Source: Octopus bimaculoides
Taxonomy: Eukaryota
NCBI RefSeq assembly: GCF_001194135.2
Contig: NC_068986.1
Location: 78,147,769 to 78,211,768, forward strand
Reading direction: 5' to 3'
Length of the DNA: 64,000 bases
Positions within the stretch are counted from its first letter, which is position 1; every line of letters starts with the position of its first letter. Made by a program: the position numbers and the translations under genes. This document shows, in pieces, positions 1-12,621 of this stretch. The notes under the pieces were generated by a model that saw only the letters and a list, made by a program, of their open reading frames with translations, was not told the origin of the DNA and did no database searches.

Positions 1-26
1 TACATGTACATATATATATACATATA

Positions 27-965
27 TCATCATCATCATCATCATCATTTAACGTCCGTTTTCCATGCTAGCATGGGTTGGACGGTTTGACCGGGGTCTG
101 GGAAGCCAGGAGGTTGCACCAGGCTCCAGTCTGATCTGTGAGTGTAGTAGATGCTTTTTACATGCCACCAGCACAGGTATCACAACTACAATTTCCATTT
201 GATCTTCATTTTGATGTTGATGTACTTCATGCAATAGGTCTCCTCAAGCACAGCAGGTCACCCTATGATCAAAAGTACTTTTGAATGGGCTGGGGCTGGT
301 TATGCGAAACTGGTGTAGGATATAGCTGTGAACTCACTTTATTTGCCGGGTCTTCGCAGTCACAGCATATCTCCAGAGGTCTCGGTCTTTCGTCATTGCC
401 TCTGTGAGGCCCAACGTTTGAGGGTCATGCTTGACCACCTCATCCATGTCTTCCTGGATCTACCTCTACTCTGGATTCCTTCAACTGTTTGAGAGTGACA
501 CTTCTTCACACATCTCTCCTCATCTATTTGTAGTACATGACCATACCAGTGCAAACGTCTCTCTTGCACACCACATCCTATGCTTCTTATGTCCAACATT
601 TCTCTCAGAGAGCTTACACTCTGTCGTGTGTGCACACTGACATTACACATCCAGAGGATCATGTTAGCTTCATTTCTTTCACACCTACGCATATCCTCCG
701 CAGTCACGGCTCATGTTACACTGTTGTGAAGCATGGCAGTTCACACACATGCATCGTACAATCTACCTTTCACTCTGAGTGAGAGGCCCTTTGTCACTAG
801 AAGGAGTAGAAACTTTCTTAACTTTGCCCAGGCTATTCTTATTCTAGTGGTAACACTTTCTGAGCATCCATCCCCCACTACTAACTTGGTCACCTAGGTA
901 CCAGGAGCTATCAACTGCTTCTAGTTTCTCCCCACTGAAGTGTGATGGAATCTGTTTTCTGAGCA
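27..965 (-). mobile_element. 5'-truncated RTE-clade LINE (C-terminal RT region, 3' UTR, (GAT)n tail)
   Basis: The minus strand (965 to 334, with frameshifts) reads ...GEKLEAVDSSWYLGDQVSSGG...EDMRRCERNEANMILWMCNV...ERRLHWYGHV...RGRSRKTW...LWRYAVTAKTRQIK*. These are typical RTE C-terminal motifs. The tail appears as (CAT)n at 27-48 on the + strand. Confidence 0.9.
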
Positions 966-1098
966 TCACACATATATATATGTATGTGTGTATATATATA
1001 TATATATATATGTATATTTCTTTCAATACTGAATCAGACTGAGTATTATTCTTATAGTCTTTCTATACTTCTCTATATGTTTGCTATCTGTCTGAATA

Positions 1099-1893
1099 NN
1101 NNNNNNNNNNNNNNNNNNNNNNNNNNNNNNNNNNNNNNNNNNNNNNNNNNNNNNNNNNNNNNNNNNNNNNNNNNNNNNNNNNNNNNNNNNNNNNNNNNNN
1201 NNNNNNNNNNNNNNNNNNNNNNNNNNNNNNNNNNNNNNNNNNNNNNNNNNNNNNNNNNNNNNNNNNNNNNNNNNNNNNNNNNNNNNNNNNNNNNNNNNNN
1301 NNNNNNNNNNNNNNNNNNNNNNNNNNNNNNNNNNNNNNNNNNNNNNNNNNNNNNNNNNNNNNNNNNNNNNNNNNNNNNNNNNNNNNNNNNNNNNNNNNNN
1401 NNNNNNNNNNNNNNNNNNNNNNNNNNNNNNNNNNNNNNNNNNNNNNNNNNNNNNNNNNNNNNNNNNNNNNNNNNNNNNNNNNNNNNNNNNNNNNNNNNNN
1501 NNNNNNNNNNNNNNNNNNNNNNNNNNNNNNNNNNNNNNNNNNNNNNNNNNNNNNNNNNNNNNNNNNNNNNNNNNNNNNNNNNNNNNNNNNNNNNNNNNNN
1601 NNNNNNNNNNNNNNNNNNNNNNNNNNNNNNNNNNNNNNNNNNNNNNNNNNNNNNNNNNNNNNNNNNNNNNNNNNNNNNNNNNNNNNNNNNNNNNNNNNNN
1701 NNNNNNNNNNNNNNNNNNNNNNNNNNNNNNNNNNNNNNNNNNNNNNNNNNNNNNNNNNNNNNNNNNNNNNNNNNNNNNNNNNNNNNNNNNNNNNNNNNNN
1801 NNNNNNNNNNNNNNNNNNNNNNNNNNNNNNNNNNNNNNNNNNNNNNNNNNNNNNNNNNNNNNNNNNNNNNNNNNNNNNNNNNNNNNNNNNNNN
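1099..1893. other. Assembly gap (others at 13472-14026, 16720-17128, 19396-19790, 29807-30019, 62525-62904, plus several short N-runs)
   Basis: Runs of N, mostly flanked by (TA)n, (CA)n or (GA)n microsatellites. Confidence 1.
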
Positions 1894-1940
1894 GTTGGGG
1901 TGTGGTGGGATGAGCTTATGAGGGGGTGTTGACGAGGAGG

Positions 1941-1983
<43 letters not shown>

Positions 1984-2299
1984 TTCTTTCAATACTGAAT
2001 CAGACTGAGTATTATTCTTATAGTCTTTCTATACTTCTCTATATGTTTGCTATCTGTCTGAATATTTGTCTAAGCATTCTCACTTTTGGCCAGCCCCATC
2101 CCTTTATTATTATTTCCATATTTTCTTTCTTGCTGTCTTTGGCAAATAATCTCTCTTTCATGTTCAAACATAGCCCTTTATATTTTCATTTCTATTTCTT
2201 GTACATGTATCCTTCCTTTTTTTCATTTCTCTTTTCTTGTGCTTCAATTCCCAATACTCTCATTAATCTATCTGCCTGTTTCTCTATCTTTGTATCCTT

Positions 2300-2301
2300 C
2301 C

Positions 2302-2350
<49 letters not shown>

Positions 2351-2418
2351 CCTACATATGTACATGTATGCATACCTAAATACTTATCTATTTGTCTTTC
2401 TCTTTACTTATCTATGTA

Positions 2419-2478
<60 letters not shown>

Positions 2479-2480
2479 CT
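2300..2480. repeat. (TCTA)n and (TCTG)n tetranucleotide microsatellites
   Basis: Direct reading. Confidence 0.95.
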
Positions 2481-3007
2481 TACTCACCCAGCTAGCTGTC
2501 AGCTTATATGTCTGTCTGTCTATCCATCTGACTGTGTCCTAATTTCTCATTATCATTTACTTTTCATCATTCTTTATAATATACTTCTACCTCACTCTCT
2601 CCCTCTCTCCTCCAACTCTCCTCTCTCTCTCTCTCTCTCTCTCTTTCTTTAATACATTAACCTGTACCTGTATTTAATTCTTTGCCTCCATCACTATGAA
2701 TGTTAAATATCACTTATAATTACATTTTCTTTTCCATTAAACATCAATCAGAATTGCCTTCTGACATTTAATGTACTTGACCAATAGAGAAGATGCTGAT
2801 ACTGGCCATGGTCGCAGTGAGGCAACATATCTCTGGTTAAATTGCTTCTGTAATTTTTTTCCTATTATCTTTTGTGTGAATTGAACTCGCAACTAGGGAA
2901 CGTTTAGTTTGTGATGATACTATGACTGTGAAGATACTGTTAGGTTTGGTGCACCAAACCACAAAAAATATGTTTCCAGTCTTTTATAAGTTTTTATTTT
3001 TAATATA

Positions 3008-3196
3008 GAGGTGCAGGAATGGTTGTATGGTAAGTAGCTTGCTTACCAACCATATGGTTCCAGGTTCTCATCCCACTGCATAGCACTTTGGGCAAGTGTC
3101 TTCCACTATAGCTTTGGGCCGACCAAAGTATTGTGAGTGGATTTGGTTGATGGAAACTGAAAGAAGCCTATTGCATATATATATATATATATATAA

Positions 3197-3256
<60 letters not shown>

Positions 3257-3450
3257 CTGTGTGTCTGTTTTGTCCCACCACCATCACTTGACAAGCGATG
3301 TTGGTGTGTTTATGTCCCCGTAACGTAGCGGTTTGGCAAAATAAGTACTAGGCTTACAAAAAATAAGTCTTTGGGTCGATTTGGTCGACTAAAGGCAGTG
3401 CTCCAGCATGGCCAAAGTCAAATGACTGAAAGAAATAAAAGAATAAAAGA
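3008..3450 (+). mobile_element. tRNA-headed SINE, family B (CORE-like, internal (TA)n/(TG)n tract)
   Basis: Head tggttgtatggtaagtagcttgcttaccaaccatatggttccaggttc, then CORE-like cactttgggcaagtgtctt, an internal microsatellite, and tail ...gactgaaagaaataaaagaataaaag. Many other copies occur in the window. Confidence 0.8.
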
Positions 3451-3469
3451 ACCTATTCTTTTCCTCATA

Positions 3470-3631
3470 GTCATTGTTGTTGTCATTGTCATCGTCATCA
3501 TCATCATCATCATCATCAGCATCACTTGCACCACCAGCATCACCACTGTCACTAGTAGTGGTGGTCGTCGTGGTAGTAGTAGTAGTAGTAACAGCAACAA
3601 TACAACAGCAGCAACAACTACTACTACAACA

Positions 3632-3662
<31 letters not shown>

Positions 3663-3670
3663 TACTACAG
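3470..3670. repeat. Compound trinucleotide repeat (GTT/GTC/CAT/AGT/CAG)
   Basis: Direct reading. It explains the polyQ, polyS and polyA ORFs at 3371-3860. Confidence 0.9.
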
Positions 3671-4623
3671 TAATCAGTCTCAAGATCAGAAAGATCTACA
3701 TTATCTCTTTTCCTCTTCTCCCTCTTGTCCAACTTTCTCTTCTATCTTTCTCACTCCCTCCGTTTTTTTCTCGCTCAATCTCTTTCCCTCTTCCAAATCT
3801 TTGTATTTGGACTCTAATACATTTCCTTTCATCTTGAAGATGATAAAATGCCTCATCTAATGATTTACATTTCAACATAAAATAACTGGGAAAAAGAAAA
3901 GAAAAAAAAACTGTTAAAAAACTATTTTGACTTCTTGGTCAGTCATCAATGATGAATTTTAAAATGGATTTTCCTTTCTTTCTCTCTCTCTGTCTCTCTT
4001 TCTCTCTCTTATATTCCCTACTTTTTCAACCAATCAGAATTCTGAACTAAACTTCTGCTTTCTTTTAAAAGCGTCAGAGTTATCTGAAGATTTTTTGGAC
4101 TTGGCACTCAAACTTTAACTTGAAACATATTTCTAGCTCCACTCTTCCACCACTCCAGACTGTTAAGCCAGTCCATGATGGCCATATTATTGAAATCTAT
4201 TTTGAGTGGCAGCAAAAGTTAAGAAAAGGAAAAAAAAAAAAAAGGAAATTATTGTAATGGTAAAACATAGCAACTAAATGTGTTTTATCACATATTACAT
4301 AAGAAATGGTTTGGCATTATTTCAAGGCATTGTTTCTGAAGCAGACGTTTACTTGAGTATATATAGGTACAATAGTGGGATGCAGTGCAAATAGAGAAAC
4401 TGTAGTTTGGTGGTTAAAGTATGGACTTTTGGTTAGTTAGCTTTCAGTCAAAGATTCAAGCTCTGATCCAGTCCATTATTATTTTGACAATATAACCTGA
4501 CTTGACACGCTAATGATTTGATGCCTAGCAGCTCATTTTGTAGAAGCCCACAAGATTATTTACCATGTTTCCAACAACAACTTAGGCCATCTTTTGAGAA
4601 TCCAATATTTCTACTTCTTTAAG

Positions 4624-4813
4624 GCAATGACCTGGCGGAAACGTTAATGATATTTTGTCTGTCATTACGTTCTGAGTTCAAATTCTGCCCAGGTTGACTT
4701 TGTCTTTCATCGTTTCAGGGTCGATAAATTAAATATCAGTTGTGTACTGAGGTCGATCTAATCAACTGGCTCCCTCCCCCGAAATTTAGGGCCTTGTGCC
4801 TAGAGTAGAAAAG
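4624..4813 (+). mobile_element. tRNA-headed SINE, family C, with 20-bp TSD
   Basis: B-box-like gagttcaaattc, central ctttcatcgtttcagggtcgataaatt. Flanked by aat(a/t)tttctacttctttaag at 4604-4623 and 4814-4833. Confidence 0.85.
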
Positions 4814-6497
4814 AATTTTTCTACTTCTTTAAGATATGTTCATAAAATAAAAATTAAAAAACAAAAATAAAATGTATAACATCCATGACTTTTAGAAGCA
4901 TTTTGTCATCAGAATTGACAATGCATAGAATAAATTACTCATAGCAATTGTTAGCTTCCACAGAACACTGCATCCTTCAAAAATTCCATGCTTCCATTCG
5001 TCAAACTACATCTTACGTGCCTATGCATACTTCCCTCTTTGAGGCTCTTTTACTTTTCACATTTCTGTCACCTTTGCATTCTACTCTGCATGCTATTCAC
5101 AGCTAATTTTGTACAATGGTCCATAATCTATATTTTCTTATATTTCTGCATTCAGTATGTGCTTCCTTTTAGAGATTTGTATGGATTAGTGTCCCCTGTT
5201 TTAAATTCTTATGAATATTACTGCAGAACATGAGATCTTAGAATGAAATTGTATCAGATCTTGGCTTGTCATAAGTCATGTTTCTTCTCACTGATAAAAC
5301 AATGTGTGACTCATATTCAAATTCCCACATAAAATCTTTTTTATAAACGTATTTAAAAGGTGAGTTTTGTTCCCGTCTTAAATATTTCATTTCTAAAAAA
5401 AATTATGACATCTCTAAATACCAAGTGCTCTATTTAGGACCCAGCTCCTTGACATATGATGAGGAATTTTAAAAATAATAGTTAAGGGATATCTCTTCTA
5501 CCTGGCATAAATATTTTATTTCTAAGAAAAATCACAACCTCTTAAAACACCTGACGCCCTCCTTAGTACTCCCTTGACATTTTGTGAATCCTTGCTACCT
5601 TTGTGAGCTCTAAAGGCCTCACCCCACTCCCCAGGAACTGGAACTTTATTGTGCCAAAATATTCTTTTTGATAATCTTATGGCTCAATGGTTGTGATATT
5701 TAAGAGACTGCAGATAAAACCCTTCTGCAAGCAACAGCTAATTCAGTCCTTACTACCAAAGTACTGAGGACTAAATTGTCCTTAGAGACAAAACATTTCT
5801 AATCCTGAAATGCCTGCTGATGATACAGAAAGGTTTTTGACATTGTGATGGCTATAGAGGATTACAAAACTGTTGAGTAGCTTCTGCCATTTCTGCATGA
5901 GACCAAGTAACTCTGAATGTTATTTCACCTGGAATAATGCTTACTTTAGCAATGTTTTTTGATGCTCATAAAATTATATGGAAGATGATTCAGACCTGTC
6001 CAATTTATGTCAGAATTCAAATTACAATTCTCAAAGTTCCAGGTCAAACTGCCATTTTAATTGTGTGGAATTTCAGAGAAAGAATTTTTTCTGTCTGTCA
6101 GTCTGTCTGTTTCTTTGGTAAAGAAAATTTGGAGGGAGAAAACTACTCTTAGGATAAAACAAAGTTAATGATAAAAAAAAAAATTCTATTGATTGTGAAA
6201 ATTATTGCTTTACAATAATCAATCTAGAAAGCATTGTGATGCAATCTAGATTTTAAATGGTTATTATTTCTTCTTATAAGTTAAATCTTATTAAAGGAGT
6301 TGTATGTGTGTGCCTATGTGGTTAAGAAATATGTTTTGCAACTATGTGATTTTGGAGTCAATCTCACTGCATGGCATCATGAGTAAATATTTTCTTCATT
6401 AATGCTGGGTTCAAAGGCTTTGCACTTGAATTTGATAGACAGAAAATGTAGGAAGCTCATCATATATGTACGTATATGTATGTATATATGTGTATTT

Positions 6498-6553
<56 letters not shown>

Positions 6554-7420
6554 GTAAAGGTTGGAAATGGATGGGCAATTATGCATAGAATTCTGCCTTA
6601 AATAAAAGCAGAAGTTAAACAATGAGTGATAATGCATTCACTTGAAAATCATTGTCACTTAGAAATATATATGTGTGTGTGCGCGTGTGTGTGTGTGTGC
6701 GCGTGTGTGTGTGTATAAACATATATATTTGTGTGTGTCTGTGTGTGTGTGTGTGTGTGTTTGTGTTGTGTGTGCATGCATTCATACACACTCTCAGTCA
6801 AAATATTCAGTAAGTAGGCCACTTCTGCAATGTATGCTCTCTTTTTCCACCATTACAATGTGCTTCTATTCTTCCAGCCATCATCCTTTGTTGAAAAATC
6901 CAAATGCAAAATTTTAATTTACTTGTGCACAAAAACACCTATGGTATTATTAATATATACATCACTGAGTAAACCTGTTATCTGTAAAAATTTCTAAATT
7001 GTGATGGCCATAACACCACAAGACTCTCCTGTCTTCCTTGCATCATTGCAATCCTGTGCTCCACCCTTCTTTGTTTTGAGAGTGACTTCTGTTCTCTTTA
7101 TTACTGAGATTTTATGCTTTTTAGTTATATAAAAACAAATTGCTCATGTGGCATCCCCAGCCTTTAACTCTCTTGGCAATTTCCTTGTTTGTCCACTGTG
7201 TAGCACCAGTACTGCACACACAATGAATTCCATACAGTTTCCAACTCTAAAATCCAATCAGATGATGTTGGTCAACTGAAGGTTATTATACACGACATTT
7301 ACTATTGGTATTGTGCAGTAGGATCAAACCTACAATCCTATGGTTGCATAGCAAACTTTGTAACCACACAGCCATGCTCATACCCATTTTTTTTAATATT
7401 GATGGTCATGATTATATATA

Positions 7421-7793
7421 TGAGGGGGTGCTGAAAAGTCCTAGGGGTATTGCGAAAGACCTGTTTGGAGGCCCAATCTTCCAAGTTCTTTTATGAGGCA
7501 TAGAAAAACTGAAGGACCACTGCCATAAGTATGTGAATCTGAGAGGAGAATATGTTGAGTAAAATCATAATTAACTGATCCTCCTGTGTCTTGTTTTACC
7601 CAAAGCCAGGAATTGCAAAAGTCCTGGTTAGAGGTCCAACCTTTTGAGTTCTTTTACAGGGCTTAGACAAACAGAAGGACCACTGCAATAAATGTGTGAA
7701 TCTGAGAGGGGAATATGTTGAATAAAATCATAATTAACTGCTCCTCCTATGTTTTCTTTTACCCAAAGCCAGGAACTTTTCAGCAGCCCCTTG
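7421..7793 (+). mobile_element. Non-autonomous mariner derivative (two tandem copies of the transposase 3' end)
   Basis: Left TIR tgagggggtgctgaaaagt, right TIR acttttcagcagccccttg, TA on both sides. Internal GIEKLKDHCHKYVNLRGEYVE* and GLDKQKDHCNKCVNLRGEYVE* match the mariner C-terminus. Confidence 0.85.
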
Positions 7794-9254
7794 TATGTCT
7801 TAGGAAGAAGGAAGAATTATGTATAAGTGGTAATTTGTATTACAGTGCTTGGTCTTGAACACATTTTCTATATTACAGTTTCTTTTTCTATGATGAAAGT
7901 AATGGACATTCTCAAGAGTTATGGATTGGCCTTAACACTAAACTGCTCTTCTTATTATTATTCTTAGTGCACATTAATCACAGAAAATATCCCATCGCTG
8001 TTGTATGATTAATGAGTATGCATCTACTAAGTAGTAATTTTCAAATTTGAAACACTTTGCATACTTTGATAGGCAATCAGGTGATCTGATACACTATTGC
8101 TATTAATTCAAAGCACTAATATCAGTCAACTTAGTTATATTGGAAAGTACTAAAACTCTCAGCAAAAGCAATAACAGCAATTCTTCTTTTTGGACTTATT
8201 TCAATAAGAAACCAAATTCTCATAAAAGGTGAAAACTAAGGAAATAAAACAACTTTTCAATGATACACACTACTTTGAAAATAATGATTGAGGCTGGCAC
8301 TTTTTAAAGTGGTGTGCAGCCTTATGGTATGATACTGAGTTTGTTAAGTGCCAAAGCATTTATTTACATAAAAAAATGTAGTAAATAATCTCATAAAGCT
8401 CACTATCTGCTTCTCTTCAAACCGACTATATATGATATCACATGCTTCAATCATTCACTCATCTTATAATCAGTGAGATATCCAATTATCTAATCTTAAG
8501 AATAAAACTGTGCTCAGAATATTGACATAGTGCAGAAGCTGTAAATTTCAATCTAAGATGGTTAAAAAAATGACTGTTGGAATTGAAGCTGGTGTTTGCT
8601 TGTATTGTTGGTCATATAATGTTGCAGATGGCTAAACATTAACTAGCTTTTTCACTTTTTAAATGGTTTACAGGCATTATCTTTTTGCGAGTCTCTGAGA
8701 CTGATGGGAAGACAACAAAATTTTATCTTCAGATCAGAGATCTGGCCTAAATGCTTATAACAGAACAGACTCCACTAAAGGCGTCCAAGAGTGTGGTGTT
8801 AAACTAGAAGACAGATTAAGCATACCACCCAAGAATATTCTGTTCTGGTAGGTTTCCACATAGTTTCAGTTTACCAATTTTTACTCACAAGGCTTTAGTC
8901 AACCTGAAGGAATGATAGAAGATACCCAAGAATCTGCTAAGAAGAACTGAACACAAAATTACATAATTATGAAGTGGACTTCTTAACCATTAAGCGAAGT
9001 ATATGATCTAAGAATCGATGATACGTATCCTATTACTGGTGATAATTTCTTGAGCTCTCTAACTGCAGTAAACAACTAATTTTCAATAGTATAACTGACT
9101 AAGATGTAAATAAGTACTTCACTTAGATGCATCCATCAGATTAGATACTGTATCAATACAGTAGTGGTTAATTACTGTTGATGTTAAGCCTCAAGTCAGC
9201 CTTGAACGAACAGATTTATAATAGCAGGCACTTCCTATCATCATCCTTTTGTCT

Positions 9255-9520
9255 TTTAAAGCCTGGTACTTATTCTGTTGGTTCCTTTCACCAAACCATT
9301 AAGTTATGGGGATGTAAACACACCAACACCAGTTGTCATGTGGTCGTGGTGGGACAAACAAAATCACAAAGACACATATATACAATGGACTTTTTTCAGT
9401 TTCTATCAATCAAATCCACTCAGAAGGCTTTGTTTGGCACCTCCAAGATACTACACAGTGGGACTGAACCTGAAACCATGTGGTTGGGGAGCAAACTTCT
9501 TGTCATACAGCCATGTCATA
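9255..9520 (-). mobile_element. SINE family B copy
   Basis: Same blocks as 21350-21704 (ggatgtaaacacacc; cagtgggactgaacctgaaaccatgtggttggg). More decayed copies at about 7200-7380, 8860-9000 and 9790-10010. Confidence 0.75.
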
Positions 9521-9804
9521 CCTGTGTTTCTTTCTTTCACTTGATTGTTAATTCTAGCAGATTGAGTGACTATGGAGATTTCATCACTCTGGTTTACTGT
9601 TTCATTGATATTCAGTGTTTGGGGTCAAAGTTTCAAAAGAGAAAAGGCTTATGATAGCTGCAATCGAGTGTGAGTGGGAGATAACTTTCAAACTCTTAAC
9701 AGCATTATAGCTGAAATAGACTTTAGCACACTTTAAAAAAAGGTTAAAGGGTAAAGACATTCCACTATTTTTACCTGATCAATAAACCTCATTAAATGCA
9801 CAGG

Positions 9805-9840
<36 letters not shown>

Positions 9841-10229
9841 ACACATACATATATATGACAGACTTCCTCACAATTTTTGTCTATTAAATTTACTCACAAG
9901 TCACTGATTGATCAAGGGTTATCAGTAGAAGATACTTGTCCAATATGTTGTGTGGTGGGTCTGAACCCAAAATTATGTGGTTGCACAGCAATATTCTTAA
10001 CCGCACAGCTATACCTACATCATACAAAGGGGGTAATTTTAGCTACTTTTTCTTTTCTTTTCTTTTCCCCCTTTTTTTTATTTTAAAAATTTCTCTAATA
10101 TAACTGCAAATGCAAGGACAGCAAAGATCAAAAGGATAACATAAAAAGAAAATTAAGTTTTGTCCTTTCTCTGAAATTGCTAATTTTATCATGAAATAAT
10201 AAAAAAAGAAAAGAAAAAAAAGAAGCAAA

Positions 10230-10260
<31 letters not shown>

Positions 10261-10664
10261 CTAACACACTGTTACCTGTGTAACAGCACAAGACCATCCT
10301 CCCATCAGTTTTGTTGAAGAAATATTGAAGACATGAAGTAGATTTACTTGAATTCAATTGTCAAATATGATTTGTTAGAATACAAGAAAATATGACAGAT
10401 AAATTCATCCCAACAACTCATTGCTCTCTATAATCTTAACATAACATGCCACAGTTTACAAAACACTGAGATGTTTAAAAATAATGAAGACACATTTTTG
10501 GTTAGTCTTAGTGGAAATACTACAAGTAAATAACAGTTCTTTCAGGTTCTTTGTGCTAACTTAACCTAATTTTTAATTTATGAATAACACTATGAATCCA
10601 ATAATAGCTTGTGGTAAATAATGGCTAAAATTTCCATTTCAGTCCCTTTCTCCCCTGATTTTAG

Positions 10665-10900
10665 CAACATATGACAAACGAATGCCTTTATGTAGACCTG
10701 CTGAAAGTTAGCGAGAAGATCAGGCAAAGACAGCTGCGATTATCTGGTCACTGCGTACATCATCCTGAAGTGGAAACATCCAAATTAGTCTTGTGAAACC
10801 CACTTCATGGTGATGTAAAAAGAGGAAAACATTGTCACACTTACATTGACAACTTGGTTGCAGACACTGCCCTGGAATGTATCTAGGACATCGATGTTGG
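10665..10900 (+). mobile_element. RTE/RTE-X LINE C-terminal fossil
   Basis: QHMTNECLYVDLLKVSEKIRQRQLRLSGHCVHHPEVETSKLVL*NPLHGDVKRGKHCHTYIDNLVADT in one frame, with a TGA at the conserved W position. Confidence 0.8.
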
Positions 10901-11199
10901 ACAAAGAATTGTGGTTGGTGGGCTTTGTTGTTGCAGCCCAAGTTGGAAGCTGACCATAAAAAAAGCCATTCTTTGTTTGCATGTATGCATACGTGCACAT
11001 GCATGCATGTGTGTGCATGAGTCTGCAAGACGAACTGACAAATAGGCAGCCCTCATGTCTGTGTGTGCACCATTATCTGAAAGCTGATCATGTCACAGCC
11101 TTCACCATGCATACAATGGTCATTCTACAATTGGCTACTTAGCAGCAAGGCGGGCCTTCTTCCAGGCATGTGTAGATAGTATTCATTTTAATGGCACTA

Positions 11200-11510
11200 A
11201 AAGCTGGATATGAAGAAGGATCACAAATATGAGCTTTTCTTGAATGCTCAAAATATCACATGACATGAGCACACAATCAATATAGAAATTTATAAACATA
11301 TTTCACCCCATCTCAACTATTTGTGCTCAATTCACAGTCAACTTTATTGGCTACTGTCATCATGTTGAACAACAGACCATATCAAATGTTATACGTGTAA
11401 GTCTTCAGCATCCTAGTAGAGGATGAAGACCACTAAACTACATTGATGTTATTGACAGAGACACACAAGATGAAATTGAGGATTTACCAAAATTAATGTG
11501 GTTCAGAAGT
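11200..11510 (+). mobile_element. Second, more decayed RTE/RTE-X C-terminal fossil
   Basis: ...PISTICAQFTVNFIGYCHHVEQQTISNVIRVSLQHPSRG*RPLNYIDVIDRDTQDEIEDLPKLM follows the same motif order (GHC / P..RG.RP..YID...DT....L...M). Confidence 0.65.
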
Positions 11511-11568
11511 TTTTGAAACTCAAGATAAATTGCATCTCATTTGTGGTTACTTGAAGAAGAATTTAACT

Positions 11569-11776
11569 GAGTGGTTCCCAAACTGGGTGGTACTGCCCAC
11601 CCCCTTGAGGTGGTGGAAAGGTCCAGTGGAGGCATTAAAGAAAAGTGGGGTGATAATGGGATGGCCAAAAAGGGGCAAGAGATTTGTTTTGAATTGTGTG
11701 TGTGTGGGGGGGGGTGTTTAGAAATGTGGCCTAGGTGCTAAGGGGGCAGCAGCCTGAAAAAGTCTGGGAACCATTG
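11569..11776. mobile_element. hAT (Charlie-like) MITE
   Basis: TIRs gagtggttcccaaact and agtctgggaaccattg. 8-bp TSD atttaact (11561-11568) and atttaacc (11777-11784). Confidence 0.85.
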
Positions 11777-12585
11777 ATTTAACCGAATGTTATGCTTTCA
11801 ACATGGGGTTAGTTCGTTCATCTTTTGTAGAGGTCAGAAGCAGGTGAAGAATTTTCTTTTACTTCAAATGTTTAAAAGCAAGTAAATAATTAAACTCAGG
11901 TGTGGCTTTCCAAACACATGGTTCTGGGTTCAGTCCTACAGCATGGGCTATGCTAGAAGACAGTTGCAAAAGTGCCATGAAGTAGGACTGAACCTGAAAC
12001 CATGTGGTTGGGAAGTGAATTTCTTAATCACGCAGCCATATCTACACTTATAGATCTTTCGCATGGTTGTTTTGTCATTCTATTTAGGGAATCTGATGCA
12101 TATGATCAATGACATAATTCTTTACAGAAATAGATTTCAGCTCAGGAGCAGACATTCTAGAACAATCCTCTAAAGCTGCTTTTCTGTCACTAATCAAGGG
12201 AATTTAGATATAGCAAAATTAATTCAGACTTCTTCATTATTCAGTCATACCAGCCTTTTTAACAGATAAACTTGTCTGGGAACCTGTATTCTAGACAAGT
12301 TCAAAGTCTCTGTAAGACATATTTTTGTCATAAACACTTTCTCATTCTTCTTCATCTTCCAAAGAATTCATTCAATAAACTCACTTTTTTTTATGCTTCA
12401 CATCATTCATACTCTGTTTCTTTTTCTTTTTCTTCTATATTTTTAAACTCTGTGCTGAACATATCCCAACTTTTGAGCAGGCACAGTATATCCTTGTCAT
12501 AAGGTCATTAAGAGTGAATGGCAACAGGGAAAGTTACATCAGGAAACTCATTCAATCTATGCCAGCATGGAAAGAAAGACATATT

Positions 12586-12621
<36 letters not shown>

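Noticed and set aside
1010-2062. Identical ~90-bp duplication at 1010-1098 and 1974-2062
   Set aside because: Exact identity on both sides of an N-gap suggests a scaffolding overlap artefact.
3371-3860. PolyQ, polyS and polyA ORFs
   Set aside because: Trinucleotide repeat field next to a SINE tail, with no non-repetitive coding context.
11338-11396. Apparent exon NFIGYCHHVEQQTISNVIR, which joined to 2788-2816 looked EF-hand-like
   Set aside because: The frame continues on both sides with RTE C-terminal motifs, so it is LINE-derived.
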